Positions 13,251 to 26,300 of a DNA stretch of 64,000 bases are shown here, piece after piece (the first letter of the stretch is position 1; each line of letters opens with the position of its first letter). Made by a program: the position numbers and the translations under genes. Origin of the DNA: Cenococcum geophilum (taxonomy: Eukaryota); contig CP158635.1 of the NCBI GenBank assembly GCA_050273025.1, positions 7,936,001 through 8,000,000 on the forward strand. Reading direction: 5' to 3'. Under the pieces are notes generated by a model. That model saw only the letters and a list, made by a program, of their open reading frames with translations. It searched no databases and was not told the DNA's origin.

Positions 13251-14733
13251 TAACTACGCTTAATCTATTACTCTAGTCTAAGGTATATGTATAGCGTAAA
13301 AAGGGGGGGTAATTAAATTTACATTAACTTATTATAATTAATAGTTAAACTTATCCTATTTAGATGCCTTATAGACCTACTTAATTCCGTTTAACTGTTA
13401 TTAAGCTTTACTATAAAGATAACAGTTTTAAGCCTTTATAGGGTGCCTTAAAAAATGCCTTAAAGGAGAACTACAATTAATATACTCTAGAAGGCGACTA
13501 TAATTCTAATATAATTATAGTAGATATGCCGTAACTATAACGCGGTAGAGGTTAACTAAAGGGATTACAAAATTACTAATATCTTATTAATTTTAAAGAG
13601 CAATTTATTACCGCCATTAAGAATAGAGTTAAGTTATTAATGGCCTTTATAATAGCTAAGGAGAAGACTAACTTTAAGCTCGCAAAATAGCTCTAAAAGG
13701 AAGGTTATATTATAACCTTTAAAGCTTCTTTCTAAGTATCTAATAAGCAGGAGATTGATAATCTTATTATAAGAGGAGTTTTTAAATTTAAGAAGTATAA
13801 CCCTATTAAGTTTAATAAAGTTTGTATTTTTAAGTTAAGAATAGTTAACGAGATTAAAGGCAAAGCTACTAATACCCTATTTAAGAAATTAAGGCTTATT
13901 ACCTAAGGTTATAACAATAATAGTAAAAAAGTAATTCTTATGTAATCTTCCACGATTTAACAAGCTAGTTAGTAAGTTATTATTACACTAGCTCCCTTCT
14001 TAATAAAGAATAAAATAGTGATTTATTTATAAAATATTACCTAGGCCTATACCGAATTAGAAACGCATCTTTAGCGCTTAATATTAGTATACCTTTTAGA
14101 GTAAATTTGCCACTAATATCCTAAAGATATAATTATAGTTATACTTAAGCTATTATATAGAATTACAGAGGCAGGAACTTATTAGTGGGCTACCTATAGT
14201 AAGCACTATAAAGAGAAACTTTTAATAACTACTTCTATATTTAATTTATACTTCCTTACTATAACTACAGAAACCCTATTTAGAATTATTGGCATATAAA
14301 CTAATAATATAATTATCTTAGGAGACAACTAATTCTTAGCTCTTAAAGAAAATAAGCTAGTAAAGGTAAATCTTATAGCAAAGCTAAAGGAAAAGCTTAA
14401 TTTAATAACACTATTACTTTTTAATAAATGTATTCTCTCCCTAAATAAGGATTCTATTACCTTACGCTAGAAGGGTTAAGGTAAGAAGATTAACGTTATT
14501 AATATTAATTCTCTAAAGTAAAAATATATAGAGCAACACGCTTATAGAGCTTATATTACTTCTATCTATTAACCTAAAGCTTTATTTAATCTTTCTATTA
14601 CTACCTAATACTAAAAACTAACTAAGGATAACGTTCTTGCCCTAAATAAACGTCTTTCCTAGTAAATAAACTATCTTAATTAGGGACTACTCTATATACC
14701 TATTAATCTTTCTACCGCTACACTCTTTATATT
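13251..14733 (+). mobile_element. Outer Copia pol (reverse transcriptase)
   Basis: De-RIP motifs EIKGK..FEKSRLIxQGYND, TQSxTIQRASQ and GMQTDD. Colinear with about 26224-27707. Confidence 0.9.
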
Positions 14734-14932
14734 TATTAGGAATAAAGGCAAGCGCTTACCATCTAAGGCATATTGCCGTCAAGTATAGCAAGTTGCCGTT
14801 ATGTATTACCGCGGCGCTAGCGTGGCAAGGAGCCTTAAGCTCCTTACCCTCCCTTATTAAGATAGAGAGAACAATTAATTATTATACTATCTACAAACCG
14901 TAGCTACGTGATATCACCTTGTGTAACCAACA

Positions 14933-14941
14933 CTAATTAGT
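14933..14941 (+). promoter_or_regulatory. Palindromic site at the PBS position (CTAATTAGT, de-RIP CTGATCAGT); GalEa conserved hairpin site
   Basis: Lies immediately after the 5' LTR, where no TGG tRNA PBS is present. Matches my recollection of the conserved hairpin site described for fungal GalEa elements. Confidence 0.6.
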
Positions 14942-15545
14942 AGTTAACTTTACTGTTATACTACAAAACAGCTAGGTATTCTACTAAGAAGAGACGAGCT
15001 ACTATACTAGTACTACTTGTAACGGAGCCTTATAGTAGGGACTACGGTAGACTCGTTAATAGGCTAGGTATATAGGTATTGCCGGAAGTTAACAACGTAA
15101 TAATAACTGGTGGAGTGGTTGCCTAATAGATTAACTCTAATTATATTCTAAGAATTACTACAAGAAAGGAACTACCTAGGTAGGGACTAAGGGTCCTTAA
15201 ATACACAACCGTACTTCTAAGAAAGTCGTTACTCTGCCTACTCTATCTACTCTATTCGCTCTGTTATAAATCTTATAGATTATACAGATTACACAGATCA
15301 CGTTACGTAACTCTACTTACTATTCCTCGTTATATAGTTCCACGGGTTCTATTCTAGACCGTGCTTATATTAACTAACTAGCTTCTTCTAACTCCTCTCT
15401 AAGTAGTTATAATATTATACTTAAAGCGTCCGTAACACTATCTCCCTTCTCTTTATCTTTGTCCTTAAAGATACCTAGTATCTCTAAGTCGTTTACTAAA
15501 GGTATAATATCCGTCTAATTAATTTGGTTAATATTGTTACTTATA

Positions 15546-16250
15546 ATACCTAAAGCACCTTCTTCTTCTTCGACTCTTTGTTGTATGCGTACAATTTCTT
15601 CCATACTGTCGCTTAGTAAAGTAATACCGTCTCCATGTTCTTATTGCGCGAAAGAAGGGTTAATCTATATTACGTTAGTAAGTCCTTTATCTTAGTAACC
15701 CTCTTCTTATTTAGAGTGCACTAAAGTAAACATTTAGTTGGTTTGCGATATTCGTTTAATTTCTAACGCTAAGTATACGCGCCCTATAACTCTTAATAGT
15801 CTCTAAGTTCCCTAAGTAATTTATTATAGGGTCTCGTGTTTAATTTACTGCTACAAAGCTTAATAATAAGCTGTCCATTGCTTTGGCGGAACTTTGTTAT
15901 TCGCGTAATGCTAAGAAAGAGGCTGCTAATGCTTAATAACGGGCTCTTAATTCTCGTCTTGCTGCGTCCGCTTAATTAATTCGTCTTAAGAAAGTTCGCA
16001 AAAAGGTTTATTTTAAGGAGTGGAAACTTATAAAATAAGGTTTATAGGAACTTAGTAATAAAAGAACGGATTCTCTTCTAATAGAGAAGGAAACAACTTT
16101 AAGTAGTTCGGTAGTCGCTCTTCCTAGGTCCCCTTTAGGTAACTCGTTCTTTAGTAATTCTTCTTTATTAATATTACCTAACCTTTTCTCTTCTAATACT
16201 CCTATACCTTTTTTATAGCGTTTTTTAGGTTCTCTAATAACTCCTAGGTA
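15546..16250 (+). pseudogene. Antisense Zn2Cys6-like/coiled-coil accessory gene of Gypsy A (copy 2), one intron at 15775-15829
   Basis: De-RIP reading MPKAPSSSS...PCSxCAKEGLxC...PSSCSECTKANIRSVCDIRSISDAE|W, followed by a helical charged tract. The 55-nt intron is needed to restore the frame. The 3' end is approximate. Confidence 0.75.
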
Positions 16251-19200
16251 GTCTCGTCGTAGCCTATTTACTTTACCTTATACTATATTTCGTCGTCTAC
16301 ATCCTTATAGTTAACGATCTTTAAAACTTACTATTTATCTTCCTCTTATCCTCTATATATATCTGCTTTATAGACCGGTGGCTTAATATTCCCATATGCT
16401 AGTTCTAGCATTGCAATGTGCTATATAGGGTAGATCTTTATCCTAGCTAATAGGTTTAACTTAAATATAACCGGTGAAATTTTCTATATAATTTTAAAAG
16501 GTCCTAATCTAACGTAGTCCAACTTCTTGCTTAGTCGTCAACTCTTAAAAATTTTGTATAGTAGCCATACTTTATCTCCCTCCTTAAGATCTGGTCCCTC
16601 AGATCTCTTAGTATTATAGTACTTTTTTATCTTTTACTGTACCACCTTAGCTATTTCCGTAAGGTTTGCATAAAGATTTATTAAACTCTTTATTCTTTAC
16701 TTAGCTATGCTACTTATCTTTTTTACTTAATGTAGCGATAATAAGGTCCTTAGCTTATATCCGTAATTCGCCTTAAATAGTAACGTGCCTATTCCTTCTT
16801 ATGGTATTGCATTATATATAAACTATATAACTGGTAATAGCGATACCCAATTATTCTATATATAATTAACATAATACCTTAGATACTGTTTTGGTGTCTA
16901 ATTTAATCTTTCTATTTAACCGTCTGTCTATAGATAATATACGGTAGAAGTTACTGCTTAAACTCCTTACTCTGCTAAGAATACTTCCTAAAATACTACT
17001 ATAAATCTTAGATCTCTATCTAATATAATTTTACTTAGTGCTCTATGTCTTACAAATACTTCCTTAATATAGATTTTAGCGATATCTTCCGCTGATATTT
17101 CTTCTAAATATACTATAAAGTATGCCTACTTTATAAGCTTATCTATTATTACTAAGATTACATTATAATCTTATCCGGTAATAGGGTCTCTTAACTTTAA
17201 TAACTTAATAATAAAGTCCTATAATATAACCTCCTATAGTCTCTCTGGTATTTTAATAGGTTGTAGCTCTCTATATAGCTTATACCTCATTAGTTTGTTC
17301 CTTTAATAATCTAGATATTCTTTTATAACTTACCTAGCTAGTCCCTAGATTCCATTAATAATATACTCCTCTTAAAGTCTTAACACTAAGCCTATAGCTC
17401 CGTTGTGTCCTTAAGTTAATCCCTTATAAAATAACTTAATAAACTCCTTTGCAATAGCTCTTGGTATATACGTCGCTTCTTAATTTTTATACTGCTTTAA
17501 GTCTAGATCCTCTATTTATATATCTAGGATCCTTTATATCTAATTACTCTCTAGTAATTTATGGATCTTCTCTTTTTTTATTGCTATAATCTTTAGATAA
17601 TTATACCTAATTAATCCATCTATATCTTTTCGCAATAAAGCCCCTAATAGCTTTTTATCATTTTATAATTTAGCCTTTCTACTTAGAGCGTCTGCTCGTG
17701 CATTCTCTGTACCCTTAGTATACTAAATCTTGAAATAGTATTCTGCGAGCATCTCTGCCTATCTAACCTATCTATAATTAAGTTCTTTCGTTATTAGGAA
17801 CCCTATTAGGTTCTTATAATCCGTCTTAACCATAAATAGTTTCTCTATACCTTATAAGAATGGCCTTTATTCCTTTAATGCTGTAACTATACCTAATAAC
17901 TCCTTATTATAGATGTTATAGTTTAGTTCCAGTAATGTTATCTTTTAACTATAGTATGCCACTAGGTGCCATCCATCTTTATATTTCTATAGGAAGTACG
18001 CTCCTAGTGTATAGTCTAATGCATCTATTTCAACTACTGTCTCTAACTATGGTTAATAGATTTTAAGAACTGGCTCCTAGGTGAACAACTGTTTAATTCT
18101 CTTAAATAGTTCCTTTTACTCCTCTCCCCATGCCTATGGTTTTTCTTTCTTTATTAATTTTATAAGTGGCTTAATATCCTTTAACTATTAAGCTATAAAC
18201 CTTCTATAGTAGTTGCAGAACCCTAAAAATAACCTTAACTGCGTTACATTTTCTAATTCTTACCAATTTACTATGGCCTTAATCTTCTTTAGATCTATAC
18301 TAAGTTGGCCTAGTTTAATAATAAATCTAATAAAATCTGTCTTCCTAGTAAAGAATTCGTATTTCTTAATTGCTACTAGCATCTGTTCTTCTTGTAGTCT
18401 CTTTAAGACCTATTTAACGTGTTCTCCATATTCTTCCTTACTCATTAAGTAGATAATAATATTATTAAGATATGCTATAATAAATTTATTTAAGTGTTTT
18501 CTTAATATATTATTAATACGCTTTTAAAACGTTACTAGTGCGTTTATAAGCCCAAATTATATAACTAGTGGTTTATATAGTCCTTCCTTTAACCTAAAGG
18601 CTACTTTTTATTCGTCGCCTTCCTTAATTCTAATCTAATGGTACGCCTATCTTAGATCTATCTTTATAAAGATTTACGCATTACTAATCCTATCTTAAAT
18701 TTTGCTAATTAAGGGTAAAGAATACCTGTCCTTCCTAGTGATACTGTTTAACTATTTATAGTTAATGCATAGTCTAAGTTTTCCATTCTTCTTTGGTACG
18801 AATAGTACTAGATATCCCGCTAATAACTGCAATAGTCTAATGTATCCCTTTTAAAGATTTTCTTAGATAAACTCTTTTAATGCTCTACCTTCTTTTTCGG
18901 TAAGCTTATAGGTTGGAAAGAACCTTAGACTTATTCCTAGTTCCAATTCTATCTTATAGTCCTATATTACATATTTTAACAGCTTTTTACTTTCTAGTGA
19001 CTATAGCTTCTTACCATACTTATAGTATCTCTTTAGTACATAACTTAATCCTTAATTAGTCTCCTCGTATATTGCTCCGACTTAGTACCATACTAACTTA
19101 ATTTATTATCGCATCTTGCGTTATTATATATCTCTAATATTAACCTAACCTATAACCCAATCGATCTTTGGATTATATTCTTGTAACTAAGGCATTCCTA

Positions 19201-22200
19201 GTACTGCCTTATTATTCCCTAGTAGTAATATATCAAAAGACATCTTAGTTTGTCTCCCTTTAATAGTTATCTAAATTAGTCCTATTTTAAGATTAATGAT
19301 GCCTCCTTTATAGGCTATTAGATCTCCTAAAATTGTTACTAATGGATAAGGGTGCTCTTTTTGCCTATGTGGTAGCCCTATCCTTTTAACTGCTGCTAAT
19401 AAGATATAGTTTCTTATTGCTCTACTATCTACTAGTGCTTTAAACTGCTAATTTTGCTATTTAACTTTTAGGTTTAGTTATTGTCCTTAAATTTCTTTAA
19501 GGGTCTAAGGCTCTACTACTAGCTTCCTCTAGTTCTATAGGCCTCTACTTTTCCCAACTATTAGCTGCTTAATCCTATTATACTTAGCTTACTCTTTAGC
19601 TAATGCCTAGTTCGCTTTTTATCTTTAATATACTATAGATAGGTGTTCTCTAGACATTTCTACTATTATTATCTATCTAAGCATTCTTCTGTAAGGAATC
19701 TTCCTGGTTAAAGTGTTAAATCTCCTTCCTCTTAAACTTCTGCTGGATGCCAGCTGTGTATATACTTGGCATTCCTATACTATTGTTTATCTATTATCTA
19801 GTATATCCTTATAGGGTATTTCCGATTCTTTTCCTTTAGATTCCTATGCATTTTATATATATCGTCTATATATGCAATATATAATAGCGTATAGTGTACT
19901 AAGTGCTTTAGGTTAACTTTTAGCTTGTTTTTGTCTTTAAGTTTAAACCTTTATCGCACTAATCTAAACGTTGCGACTTCGTTCGCAGGTACTAAGACGC
20001 GTTTCTTGCTTCTCTAGTCCTCTGACTATTTCTCTAGATCCTTTAATATTATAATTAAGGCTCCCTTAATGTAATTTATTGCTTTTTCCGTAATTAGGTG
20101 GTCTTAGATAACTTTTTCGTCTAACTATATATAGAAATCTTCCTACTTGTTATTGTGTCGCTGTCTATACCACTTTTAGTACAGCTGTTAGAGTGTATAC
20201 GGCTTATCCGTAAAGAAGTATCTTCTTATTACTGCATTGTAATAGCCCTTTATATATCGTTCTTTGAACCTAGTAGGAATCCCTAGATCCTCTTTATCTT
20301 CCAGTTTAGTAAGCCACTTAGCTCTTAGTGTACCTGTTTTTAGCCTATTAGTGATTCTTTATATAGGTGCTCTGTCCCTTATACAACCTAGTGTGCTAGA
20401 TCTTATGTCTAGTTTCTTTTCTTACTATGCGATAATTCTTGCTCTAAACTTATCTATAGTTTCTTGTGGTTTGCGTCTTGTAACCAAATTTTTAAAGTTC
20501 TCTTGCTTCTTAATTGCTGTATTAACTTTTTAATCTTCGGGCTAAATACTGTGTTCCCCTAGTAAGTCTTCTAGGTTTATATACTTGTCTCCCAATCTAA
20601 CTGCTATTTATATTACAGATTCTCTAATTTATAAAGAAGCTCCTTACCTCTTGCTTATAGGTGTCTTAATTTATACTCCGAATTCTTAGCCCCTTAGATT
20701 CTTTAATCCTAAGCTTGCTTCTTTCTTAAGCTGTGCTCTAGCCTTAGTCCAACTAGGCTTTACTAGTGTCCTTATCTCGTTTTAAGAGTCCTAAATCTTA
20801 CTTATCTCGTCTTAAGAGTCTTATACCTTTAGGAAACTTCGTCCTAAGCTTATTTATATGTTGCTAAACTAAGCTATTGCTCTATCCCATCGGTTTTCGT
20901 CTATTATAGGTCCTTAAGCATACCTTATCTTATCTTAAGAATCTTAGTCGTCTTTTATCTTGTCTTAAGAATCTTAAGCCTTTGGCCCTTTACCTTTATT
21001 AAGTAGTAAGCTAGCACTAGCAGTCGTCTGCTTGCTTAATCGTCTCTAAATGTTGCTCCTTCCGTCTTATAAAGCAATAGATACCGTATTTAACGGTGTT
21101 ATAATACCCGTTACTAAACCTTACTCTATAGCGGTCTTAGTCTTTACTTCTATTACGTCATCGAGGTTTAGATACCCCTAGTTGGTTCCTTTACTATCCT
21201 TATCGCTATTAATTAATAAGTACTCCAACTCCATTGTTATTGTTGCTAATTATTATCCGTATATTACTATAATATTTTAATCTAGCTTATAGAGTCGATC
21301 TTATTTTTTATCTAACTCTTTAGTTCCTTTAAGTCCTCTTAACTCTAGCTCTTATAGCTAATAGCTTATACCATACTTAGCGTCTTTATAAATTTAGCAT
21401 GCGTTATTATAACAAAACGCAAAACTTCTAATTAAACATTCTTTTGTTCCTCGCAGTACACTATTATCCCTCTATATATATATATCGCATACTACTAATC
21501 TAGTTCCCTTTACTGCATAATAACTCTAACCACTTCTATAGTCTCTAGCAAAATAACCCTGTTTCCCATAATTTATATAAGCTCCCTCTTTAAACTATTA
21601 CTTTTATTATAGAGTCCGCTTAAACGTCTTCTACTACTAAGATCCTTAGTTTAGCCTATGCTCCTTAGTCCTATAATCACTTAATCCTTAGCCTCTAGGT
21701 TTCTATAGTTTCTTACTCTATCTCTTATAGGCTTCTCTAGTACCACTTAGGTCTATTAGCTCTACGCCATACTATAGTTTCTAATTTAGCTTTAGTTGTT
21801 ACGTGCTCTGCGTCTTATACGACTATAGAACTCTATCCTAGCCTCTCTTAGCCTATTCCCTTTAAAAGATCCTATTGTTAATCTTAATCGCTTAATCTAT
21901 TAATTCCCTTAGGGTATCCGTATCTTCCATTAGAATAATTACGTCCTAGACTTTAGCCTTAAGTCCCTATTTATATTATGCTATAAGCGCCTTATTGTTC
22001 CATTTAACCTATATAGCAAGTATTTAAAACTATATCGTATACTTAATTGCTAAAGTTCGCTGTATTAGGTCCTAGAGCTTTTTCTTTACTATAGTTATTA
22101 CTTCCGGGTCCCTAAATATCTATATTAATTGTTCCGCAAATCCTACCTAGCTAGAAAACACAAATCGTACCTCTTAATTGGTAGTAGTCATTCCATTAGT

Positions 22201-22581
22201 CTATATTTCCGTTAAGTAGGGTTTAAACTATTTAAGTGCCCTTCCTGATAAGAATAGTCCTGCGTAGGCTATTTAATCCATTATTATGGCTAACTTGGCC
22301 CCTTCTTATATAACTTTAAAATGCATTTACATTAGAAATCCTTTAAGCTTTAATCTCTCTCCTAAGAATCGTTTAATTAAAGGTAACTTAACCTTTGCTA
22401 CTCTGATCCCATTACGTCTTTCTTTAAGTATTTAGTTGTTCTCGTTTAACCTATTAATAATTTCCTATAACTGCCCAACCGTAACTAGTTGCGAGTCAGT
22501 ATTTTGTATACTTGTATCTCCACTTAACCTTAAAGTGGTTGCTGCCGTTAACGGCGTTATGGTAGCTGCTTTTGGTGGCAT
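16130..22581 (-). pseudogene. gag-pol polyprotein of Gypsy A copy 2
   Basis: ATG at 22581, CCHC knuckle at about 21535-21580, protease at about 19420, RT AYLDD at about 18461-18475, then RNase H, integrase and chromodomain. Many RIP stops. Confidence 0.9.
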
Positions 22582-23317
22582 ATTATTTAACTTCTTAAAA
22601 CCGTAACTAAGGTAGTAATTGTGTAACGGAGCCTTATAGTAGGGACTACGGTAGACTTGTTAACAGGCTAGGTATATAGGTATTGCCGAAAGTTAACAAC
22701 GTAATAATAACTAGTGAAGTAGTTGCCTAATAGATTAACTCTAATTGTATTCTGAGAATCACTATGAGGAAGGAACTACCTAGGTAGAGACTAAGGGTCC
22801 TTAAATACACAACCGTACTCCTAAGAAAGTCGTTACTCTGCCTACTCTGTCTGCTCTATTCGCTCTATTATAGATCTCGCAGATTACATAGATCACATAG
22901 ATTACGTCACGTAACTCTGCTTACTATTCCTCGTCACATAGTTCCACGGGTTCCATCCTAGACCGTGCTTATATTAACCAACTAGCTTCTTCCAACTCCT
23001 CTCTAAGTAGTTATAACATCGTACTTAAAGCGTCCGTAACACTACTTATGCTAGAGAAAGCTGTCTTTTAAGGTTAGAACTAGTCCTAAACCTTAAATAG
23101 AACTCTTCCACAAATCTAAGGATCTAAAGGCTAGAACTGGTCCTAAGCCTTTCTAAGATTACGGATTCTTACGTTAATTACACAGAATAACACACTTTAC
23201 AAGTCTTCGCGATTTAAGGCTAGAACTGGTCCTAAGCCCTATAATTATAAATACACATTATAAACGCGTACTAAATAATAATCCCTAAACTAATAATACT
23301 CCCCTTCCTCTAAAAAT

Positions 23318-26300
23318 ATGGCTACGCCTGCTTTAAACAACTAGGAAGACTCCTTACCACTAAGGGTAGCTATATACGCGAAATTCATTAATAAAAATTA
23401 GGATAAATTTACTATTAATATAATAACTTATACCGCAAAACAAGTTAATGGCTTTCTCCTATACTATATCCTATTCTACTAAAGTAAACACTACGCCAAT
23501 TCACAACTATAGGAATATTTTAGGGAGGATTTTGTAGGATAGACCGCCGACACTTAGGTACTTAGTAATGTTAATATTATTTAGGATTTCTAAGACTTCC
23601 TTTATAGGAATGGGGTATATATTACTAAGAATAGTAACCTAATTGCTAGTAATATTTAGGCCATTATTATTAATATAGAAGAACCAGTATAGACAGAAGC
23701 TAAGATTATACGTTAACTACGGAAACCTAAAACTAACCTATATTCTTTAGAAGGCAACTTTAATTTATATTAAAACCCCTAGAACGCTAATCCCCTACCT
23801 AGAAATACTCTCCTATTAGGAGGTACTCTCCTACCTAGAGGTGCTCTTCCGCTACCCCCTCCGCTACCTTTATCCCCTCCATTCTAGCTAACCGGTAAGC
23901 CTCTATTATAAAAAGTCACAAATCTAATAAAGGTATATTTAGACGAAGAAAAGAAGTTTAGAGGAGAACTATATAATATACTTAGAGCAAAACTATAGGT
24001 CTTCTATAACTGTTACAATAAGGTTAAAATTTAATGCCACTAGTACCACTACGCTTTCTCCATTATATTAAAGGGACAGGTAATAACATTCTATTATAAC
24101 TATATTGCGGGTAAAAACTATAGCTTTAATATAATGCTTTAGATTATTAGAGCCCACTTTAAGACTAATAAGAATCGCTAACTTTATATATCCAAATAGC
24201 GAGAGACTATATTTTAGAGAGTTATTACTTCTAACCCAATAAAGACTTAGTTAGAGTGCCTTTAACTACTCTTTAATAAACTCTAGAAAATCTAACGTAG
24301 TCTTACTAAAACTTACTAAAATAAGAACAGCCTAAGGGATTAGGTTATCTTAGCATGCTATAGCGTTCTTAAGTGTAACTTAGCGCTATATAAACCTATA
24401 AATACGTTTAAAGGAGTATATACTAAGCTACGCTCCGCTATAGGTACTGCAATATAAATATAAGAATCTTAACAGTTCTATACTAAAAACTCTACCTAAC
24501 TAAGTATTCCTAACTAACACGATTATAACTAGACTAATTAAACATATAATAGCCGTAGTAGGGAATACAAAAAAGGGTATAATTAATATTAACTATAAGG
24601 TAATTATAGAGGTCCTTATAGAGGCTTATTTTGAAGTAATTACTAAAAGAAGTACTACGTTTATAAGAAGCCAAATTACTAGTTAACTAGACACTCCCTT
24701 AATAAGCGAAAAGAGGTATATAATAAGTTCCGTTAAAGTGTAAAAAATATTAAAAATTATAAGGTTACTGCGGCCTACTTTTAAAGCTTCCTAGTTTAAT
24801 ATAAAGGCGTAAAAGATCTTAAGGGTAAGGTTAATAAGGTTAAATAGCTCCTTATAGATATAGAAATTAAAAACTACTCCCTTAACCAATACTTTACTAA
24901 GTATAGTAAGGTAGATAGCATATAAACTATCACTATTCTTAATAATTAATCTACGCTCTATTCTATTATAAAATTAAATATCTTTAATAAGCTAAAGGAG
25001 AGTTCCGCGTTTTCCTTTAACGATAGATACTTAGCGTATATCTTCTATAGTATTATACTAGATATAGAAGCTATAGGAGTATCTATAGTAGGAGAACCTT
25101 AAGTTTAAGCTCTTTAGTAGCTTAATAGCTTTATTTAAATTAACTAATTAATAGCAGGCCAATATACGATTTGCTTTAGTAAAGGTACTATAATCTCTCT
25201 TAGCACAATTAGGGTCCAAACCCCCTTAGGATACATTACTTTCTATATTATTCCTATAAACACTTTATTTCTATTTTGCATTAAAAATATAGATAAGTTA
25301 GGTATTAGGCTTAATAACCTTAAAAATATACTTATTTAGGGAGATAATTAGGTGCCCGTTATACGCAAGTAGGGTTACCCCTAGTTACTCCTTTATTAAC
25401 TAAAAAAGAGTATTACTTAAAGCCACTTAACTAAGTTAGAATTACGCTAACTACACCGTTATTTTAGCCACCTATTTATTTATTAATTGCTTAGGGTTCT
25501 TTAGTAAGTAGGCTATAAAGTTAAGGTTAAGGCAATTAAGCATCTTATAAAGTACTACTATTACTATTAAATAAACCAGAAGTTCCCTAGCCGATTTATG
25601 TTCACTCTTAAGAATAACTATAACTTTAACTTCTATATTATTATTAACGTTATATATCTTAGCGGCAAGCTAGTGCTCTAAGTTATTAACTTCTTAACCT
25701 CCTTTTAAGCCGCGCGTTTTTTAAAAGATATATTAGCTAAAAACGCATAGAATACCCTTTAGTTATACTAGATTAATATCTATTTAGAACCCCCTAATTA
25801 AATCATCTACGATATAGGAAAGAACTTCTTATTTATAGAGTTCCAACAATAGACAAAGGCAATAGCAATTAAGGTTAAGGAAGTCCCCGTTAAGGCACAT
25901 AATAGCATTAAAAAAAGTGGAGCAATATTATATACTATTATGCCACGTATATAAGATTATCTCTTTAAAACTAAAGGACGCTAGCGAAGAACTTACCTTA
26001 TAAATAGTTATTAAAGCTATTAATAATTCCGCTAGCCTAGATAAACTTATACCTATATTACTAGTCTTTAGCGCCTACCCTTAAATAACTAACAATTCTC
26101 TACTATCTCCCTCTATTATATAATAAGCCAAGGCTATTTATAGAGTAATAGAGGGGGTGTAACGTCTTTACGCTATATACTAGGTTAATAACGCACTAGA
26201 AATAAGAAATAGCCTAAATATATTAACTATACTTAATTTACCACTTTAGTCTAAAGTATATATATAGCGTAAAAAGGGAGAATAGTTAGGCCCACACTAA

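Larger units (their letters stand above)
15018..23041 (-). mobile_element. Complete Gypsy A copy 2 (chromovirus) inserted into the inner Copia leader
   Basis: 420-bp TG..CA LTRs at 15018-15437 and 22622-23041, with TSD CTACT on both sides. The PPT complement follows 15437. Confidence 0.95.

Noticed and set aside
7039..20533. Short ORFs 7039-7242, 18213-18452 and 20264-20533 (also 41699-41911)
   Set aside because: They are antisense shadows of RIPped gag-pol frames, with no motifs.
23127..23238. Twister-ribozyme resemblance of GGTCCTAAGCC
   Set aside because: The closing stem and the downstream pseudoknot partner are missing.
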